In this document: one piece after another, positions 26,702 to 32,000 of the stretch | How the letters are laid out: each line of letters begins with the position of its first letter | Numbering within the stretch: the stretch's first letter is position 1 | Assembly (NCBI RefSeq): GCF_000020025.1 | Contig: NC_010628.1 | Location: 4,530,001-4,562,000, forward strand | DNA from: Nostoc punctiforme PCC 73102 | Lineage (GTDB): Bacteria > Cyanobacteriota > Cyanobacteriia > Cyanobacteriales > Nostocaceae | Length of the DNA stretch: 32,000 bases | Direction of reading: 5' to 3' | The notes under the pieces: model-generated | What the model was told of the DNA's origin: nothing | Seen by the model: only the letters and a program-made list of their open reading frames with translations | The model's database searches: none | Made by a program: the position numbers and the translations under genes

Positions 26702-26935
26702 AAGAAATATTATCGTGTATGCCGACTATTGTAACTATTCTTAACAGATTTGTATCAAAATTGTCATCATATATTTTGTATTGCCCTTTACATTTCAAGA
26801 ATGATTAAAGCAATCAAAAGTACAGGATAAATAGAACTTTTAAAGATATAGGGTTAGACAATAAGATTTGGCAATATTTAACATACTCTTTGCTTATGTA
26901 AATTTATCAACGGTAGATGTAGGATTTATGTAAAT

Positions 26936-27847
26936 TCATTCAGAACGAGTTGATTCTGGTAAATGATTTCGCCGCCAACGACTAAAGCCATAGACAAGAG
27001 CAACAAGAATTAACAAATAGGGACTGTAAACAATTAACCAAATACCCAGCTTGAGTAAGCCAACGGAAAATGCACTCAAAGAGTGGGTAGAGTTATTCCA
27101 AGTTTCCTGAACTTGCAAACCAAAGGCAGGTTGTGAACTGGTGCTAGAAACTGCTGCTTCTAGGTTCAGCGTAATCGTGGAATATGCAACTTGATTTTGT
27201 AGGCTTTTTAGTTGGGCATTAATTTGTTCTATCGTTTCTCTGACATTACTCAATTGTTGGGCAACACTAAGCACATCTGTAATAGAACCCGCCCGATCCA
27301 TAATTTTTTGGAAATTAGCTTCAGTTCTCTGCAAATTAGTTAATCTAGCTTGGAAATCCACTAGGCGATCGCCTACATATTCGACAGTAATATTACGGCT
27401 CTCTACGGTGCCCAATTTAGCTAGTTCTTCCAGGGTAGGTTCTAGCCGATTCTCTGGTATCCGCAATTGGATTGTTGCTGTGTAACGTGGGTTGTCACTT
27501 TTGGGTTGTTGTTGTTTCAACCCGATTAAATCCCCTTGCTGTTGATTGATAATTTGCGAAACAGCATCAATAGTGCGATCTACAGAATTGACAGTCAAAG
27601 AAATTGCTGCCTTTTTAATGAGTTGGGGACGAGAACGGTTTATTGGTGCAGCAGCTTCCACCTTTTGGGAAATCCTGCTTTCGCTAGCCGGTGCAGATGC
27701 TGGATTTGCCGCGCTATCAGCTGCAACTCCAGGTAACTGCTTATTTCCTAACCGATGGGAAGAGGCGCAACTGGTGAAAATCACCCCTCCTAATAACGCA
27801 CTTATAAATAAAGCAGATGTGCGCGGCAATTTAGTTGAAGCGTACAT
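26936..27847 (-). CDS. DUF4349-like lipoprotein (N-terminal lipobox, coiled coil, C-terminal TM helices)
   Basis: Signal peptide ending IFTSC, a central coiled coil (LQRTEANFQKI...QINAQLKSLQNQV) and two C-terminal hydrophobic helices. Confidence 0.65.
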   Translation of the reverse strand: MYASTKLPRTSALFISALLGGVIFTSCASSHRLGNKQLPGVAADSAANPASAPASESRISQKVEAAAPINRSRPQLIKKAAISLTVNSVDRTIDAVSQIINQQQGDLIGLKQQQPKSDNPRYTATIQLRIPENRLEPTLEELAKLGTVESRNITVEYVGDRLVDFQARLTNLQRTEANFQKIMDRAGSITDVLSVAQQLSNVRETIEQINAQLKSLQNQVAYSTITLNLEAAVSSTSSQPAFGLQVQETWNNSTHSLSAFSVGLLKLGIWLIVYSPYLLILVALVYGFSRWRRNHLPESTRSE

Positions 27848-27934
27848 AATCTACCCCCAGATGGATGAAGTTAACCCCAGTATTGCTGAAAGAAAACTCA
27901 AAATCTGTATTGTTGCGATTTATGTAACAGGTTT

Positions 27935-27976
27935 GTCATTAGTCATTAGTCATTAGTCATTAGTCATTAGTCATTT
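27935..27976. repeat. STRR heptamer array (GTCATTA x5 plus GTCATTT)
   Basis: Perfect 7-bp periodicity starting at 27935, in the divergent intergenic region between the DUF4349-like gene and ilvC. The same heptamer family occurs at 7977-8015 and, inverted, at about 25329-25345. Confidence 0.95.
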
Positions 27977-28067
27977 GTCCCCTTAGTCCAAAGAGATAAA
28001 TTGAATTATTTATAGTTCATCTGGGTTACTCAATTTGAGGTACAATCGTAAGCCTGCCAATAAATGA

Positions 28068-29090
<1,023 letters not shown>

Positions 29091-29109
29091 GCAACACAAG
29101 GATCTGAAC

Positions 29110-29138
29110 GTAGAGACGTTGCAATTAAACGTCTCTAC
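29110..29138 (+). terminator. Hairpin repeat downstream of ilvC (candidate terminator)
   Basis: GTAGAGACGT (29110-29119) / ACGTCTCTAC (29129-29138) with a 9-nt loop, followed by AATGATTTTG. The stem sequence belongs to a common Nostoc dispersed-repeat type. Confidence 0.55.
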
Positions 29139-29233
29139 AATGATTTTGAAATTACGCAAAATTATTTTTTATACCGCTATAGATGTTATTTAAAATTGTG
29201 TAGATAGGTGCATTTTTAATAACATCATTTGCT

Positions 29234-29707
29234 TTAGGTTTTGAGATAATCTGCAATGTACTCTCCATAGCGATCGCGCAACATTTGTTTGCGGAATTTG
29301 AATCCTAATGTTTTACCTCGACAGAATAGGGATTTGCACAAGCACCGTGATACAGCTATTGATTCATATTCAGTGGTTTCGTAGTCCCAGGTAATTTCCT
29401 CACCTACTTCGATATCGCCCAAAGCAACGAAGTCATATCCCCCAAACTGATTGTTGCTTACGCCAGTATTTGGATCGCAAGAATGATTAATTACGACAGC
29501 AGGCTCATCTAAGTTGACATACAAATTAAAATCCATCTGAAAAGAATAAATTGTTCGTTGGGGAACTTCTTCAATTGGGATACCCACCACAACGGTTTCC
29601 CCTTTGGCAAATTTTTTCGTAGCAAATACTCCTCTCCCTTTTGCTGTTTCCTGAATCGTCACATGAAAATTGAGCTTTGCATCTGAAATCGACTCTATTG
29701 TATTCAT
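29234..29707 (-). CDS. SET domain-containing protein (putative lysine methyltransferase)
   Basis: GRGVFATKKFAKGE, NHSCDPN, EEITWDY and a Cys-rich post-SET-like end (CLCKSLFCRG). The ATG at 29707 is preferred over the TTG at 29752. Confidence 0.8.
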   Translation of the reverse strand: MNTIESISDAKLNFHVTIQETAKGRGVFATKKFAKGETVVVGIPIEEVPQRTIYSFQMDFNLYVNLDEPAVVINHSCDPNTGVSNNQFGGYDFVALGDIEVGEEITWDYETTEYESIAVSRCLCKSLFCRGKTLGFKFRKQMLRDRYGEYIADYLKT

Positions 29708-29792
29708 AGATAAAGACCCGCTATGTTTAAATTTCTTGCTTCCAAATTTCAAACTTGGCTTAGTTAGATTTCACTTTCGAGGTGAAAGCTCG

Positions 29793-30674
29793 TTAACTGC
29801 TCTGTACCTCAACTTTTGCTTCCGGCTCAAGCTTTTGAGGGCTTTGACTTAGAAGCAGAGCAACTAAGACAAGAATCGCGCCAATTAGACCGCGTATTCC
29901 CAGATGTTCTCCAAGTAGCCAAAACGAGAAAATTGTGGCGAACAATGGCTCAAGTGTATACAGTAAAGCTGTTTCGTCGGCTGAAACCCATTGCTGTGCC
30001 AATGTTTGCAGCCAGATAACAGCAGCCGTTGCCAACAGCCCTAAGTAGACAATCACTCCCCAGTGCTGGTGAATTACCTCAAATTGGTTAAGAATTTGGG
30101 TATTATTCCAAAGCAGACCTAGCACCGCAATGAACAAAAGTTGAACACTGGTAAGCGTTAAGGTGGGGTGACGGGACGCAACCCGGTCTAGGAAAATTAT
30201 GTAGCCTGCATAGACAAAAGCATCAACGAACATCAAAAGATCGCCAATTCCTAGTTCTCCCCCTTCCCAAAACATTACGCCAATACCGATCACAGCGACT
30301 CCAGCGGCTAGGAAAGTTCTCAACGGTACGCGCTGACCACTCAGCCATGCTAGTAGCGGGACGATGAGTGCGTTCAAACTGCCAATGAATGCAGCCCGAT
30401 TCGCTGGTATAGTCTTGAGTGCAATTGTTTCTATAGCTAAGAAAAAGAAAAGGAAAAGACCTAGTACTGTACCATCACGAAGTAAAAGTGCGTTAATATT
30501 ACGTAAATTTACAGCAAAAACCGCTGCTGCTATGACAAAGCGTGTAGTAATCAATGCACTTGGTGGAAGACTACTAACGATGTCTTTAGTCAATGGAAAA
30601 GTTGTAGCGCTAATTACATTAACAAGGATAAGCAGCATTATTCCTTTTAAACGTAACGTATTTTCAATTTGCAT
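29793..30674 (-). CDS. EamA/DMT superfamily transporter
   Basis: About 10 hydrophobic helices in two repeated halves, with a length and pattern typical of EamA. ATG at 30674. Confidence 0.8.
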   Translation of the reverse strand: MQIENTLRLKGIMLLILVNVISATTFPLTKDIVSSLPPSALITTRFVIAAAVFAVNLRNINALLLRDGTVLGLFLFFFLAIETIALKTIPANRAAFIGSLNALIVPLLAWLSGQRVPLRTFLAAGVAVIGIGVMFWEGGELGIGDLLMFVDAFVYAGYIIFLDRVASRHPTLTLTSVQLLFIAVLGLLWNNTQILNQFEVIHQHWGVIVYLGLLATAAVIWLQTLAQQWVSADETALLYTLEPLFATIFSFWLLGEHLGIRGLIGAILVLVALLLSQSPQKLEPEAKVEVQSS

Positions 30675-31449
30675 CAAATTAATTGATTGAATAATGTTTC
30701 TTTACATCCATAGAGAATGCGATCGCATAGAGAATGTTGGTTTTGCTGCATCCAGTCAGCGCCTTCTGAATTGAGGATTTTTAGTTGGGAAAGTTGTACG
30801 AAGTAAGTTGGCACAATAAAATCAAACTATCTAAATAAAAATGAACTAGCCTAAAACCCTTATACCTATTGCCTGTTGCCTATTTTCTATTGCCTTATCC
30901 CAACGACAATTATTCACGCCCACTTAACTTAATCTGATTTTGGTAATTTCATGTCTTTTTTCACATTGCAATTAAAAGGTAAAAGAAATTCGCATTAATC
31001 CAATCCAAATTGTATCATTTGCTGCATTATGTTTAAAATTTTTAATTACTAAAAATCTCCTATTCACAAAAATTATGTCACTAAGTAGATAGCGATAAAA
31101 TAATTACAAATGTTAGTAGACTGAAAATTTTTGCGATCGCCTACGGTGAGTGCTTCGTGCGATCCCTTGCTGATGAATACCTGCAAATCAGATTGTCTCG
31201 TACACTGCGGTAAGCCGCTACACATCATCTATGGATGCGATTATTTTGACATTGCTTCCATTCCTCTTTCCTAAAAGAAGAGAGGCTTTGAGGTCTAGAG
31301 CCACCAACGCTAGCAGAAAGGGGCTGTTCTTGTTCGGTCTGTATTCAATACAATTGAGAAACGCTATTTATAATCTGGTGAAATACAAAAATAAATAATT
31401 TATACTTGCAAAAAGGCTTTAATTCCATAACTACTACAAGGATGTAGGT

Positions 31450-32000
31450 ATGAGAAAATTTTTTAATTTCTGCTTCGAAGTTGAATTTTATCTAAAGATT
31501 GCTATTACTTGCACCATTGTTCAGCAAATATTTTATTGGTTGTTGCACAATATAGAACTCAATTTTATAACTCAAGTGCTGTTATACTGGCTTGTTGGTT
31601 CTATTTCATTTTATAGCATTGGTCTTTTCATCGAAAAGGTAATTAAAAACAATGATAATTTGAGAGAGAAACTAACTGCCAGAGTTAAGAAAGTCAAAAC
31701 ACAACCATTTCCTTCCTTTACTGCGAAAGGTATCATTACTGGAGAAATCAAAAGTTTCATAGCAGCTTTAATTATTCTCTACTTAGCGCCAGAGGTAAAT
31801 AGAGGAAATAGTTTGCTCTCAAACCTTGGATGGTTTTTGATGAGAATAATTGTTGCTGATTTCTGTTTTTACGTTTCTCATTCGCTACTTCACAGAAAAT
31901 TTTTACAAAAAATACATTTAAAACATCATGAGTTTGCCGACTCATCAAGTTTTGTTGCTGGACATAAGAGTTTGACTGAATATATTATTGTTACTATTAC
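31450..32000 (+). CDS. Fatty acid hydroxylase / sterol desaturase superfamily membrane protein, 3' end outside the window
   Basis: By my own translation, frame 1 is open from the ATG at 31450 to the window edge. It has hydrophobic helices followed by histidine boxes HSLLH (HX3H) and HLKHH (HX2HH). It is absent from the ORF track because no stop is reached. Confidence 0.6.
   Translation, partial: MRKFFNFCFEVEFYLKIAITCTIVQQIFYWLLHNIELNFITQVLLYWLVGSISFYSIGLFIEKVIKNNDNLREKLTARVKKVKTQPFPSFTAKGIITGEIKSFIAALIILYLAPEVNRGNSLLSNLGWFLMRIIVADFCFYVSHSLLHRKFLQKIHLKHHEFADSSSFVAGHKSLTEYIIVTI

Noticed and set aside
31131-31340. Locally GC-richer patch in an AT-rich intergenic region, considered as a small RNA, gene fragment or 57-aa ORF (MDAIILTLLPFLFPKRRE...)
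   Set aside because: I could recognise no convincing fold, no homology in any frame and no terminator. There is only a weak CCTCTT/AAGAGG stem at about 31262-31285. This is insufficient evidence.

Overview
The window looks like chromosomal DNA from a filamentous, heterocyst-forming cyanobacterium (Nostoc/Anabaena type). The evidence is the many GCGATCGC (HIP1) octamers (e.g. 97-104), heptamer STRR arrays, short dispersed hairpin repeats, a devBCA-type exporter operon and a crhC-type FAT-box RNA helicase. Most of it is ordinary housekeeping sequence: crhC-like helicase, an IF3-like gene, TetR plus DevB/C/A-like exporter, tRNA-Ser(CGA), CapA-like protein, Ser/Thr kinase, DUF815 ATPase, TMEM14-like protein, fructosamine kinase, M16 peptidase, HtpX, DapL, NDH-2, DUF4349 lipoprotein, IlvC, SET-domain protein, EamA transporter and a fatty-acid-hydroxylase-family gene running off the 3' edge. 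Three modules look accessory or conflict-related. (1) A minus-strand pair at 12707-15469 encodes a two-TM, long coiled-coil protein ending in a TerB-C-like domain, followed by a DUF2791/BrxD-like P-loop ATPase. This resembles a Shango/TerB-type module with no helicase and with a membrane anchor in place of TerB-N, and it abuts a decayed kinase gene. I consider it the best candidate for an undescribed system. (2) An AT-rich three-gene islet (22358-23906) lies between htpX and dapL; its largest protein carries an RNEIFH (Rx4H) HEPN-like motif. (3) An XPB-like helicase plus DUF790/Bax1-like nuclease pair sits at the 5' edge. Other points of interest are an IF3-like gene with no canonical start codon divergent from crhC, a cluster of 8-bp boxes in the TetR/devB intergenic region, a 21-bp x 7.7 tandem repeat, and small dispersed repeats inserted in frame into coding sequence. 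All domain calls come from motif recognition by eye; no database search was run.
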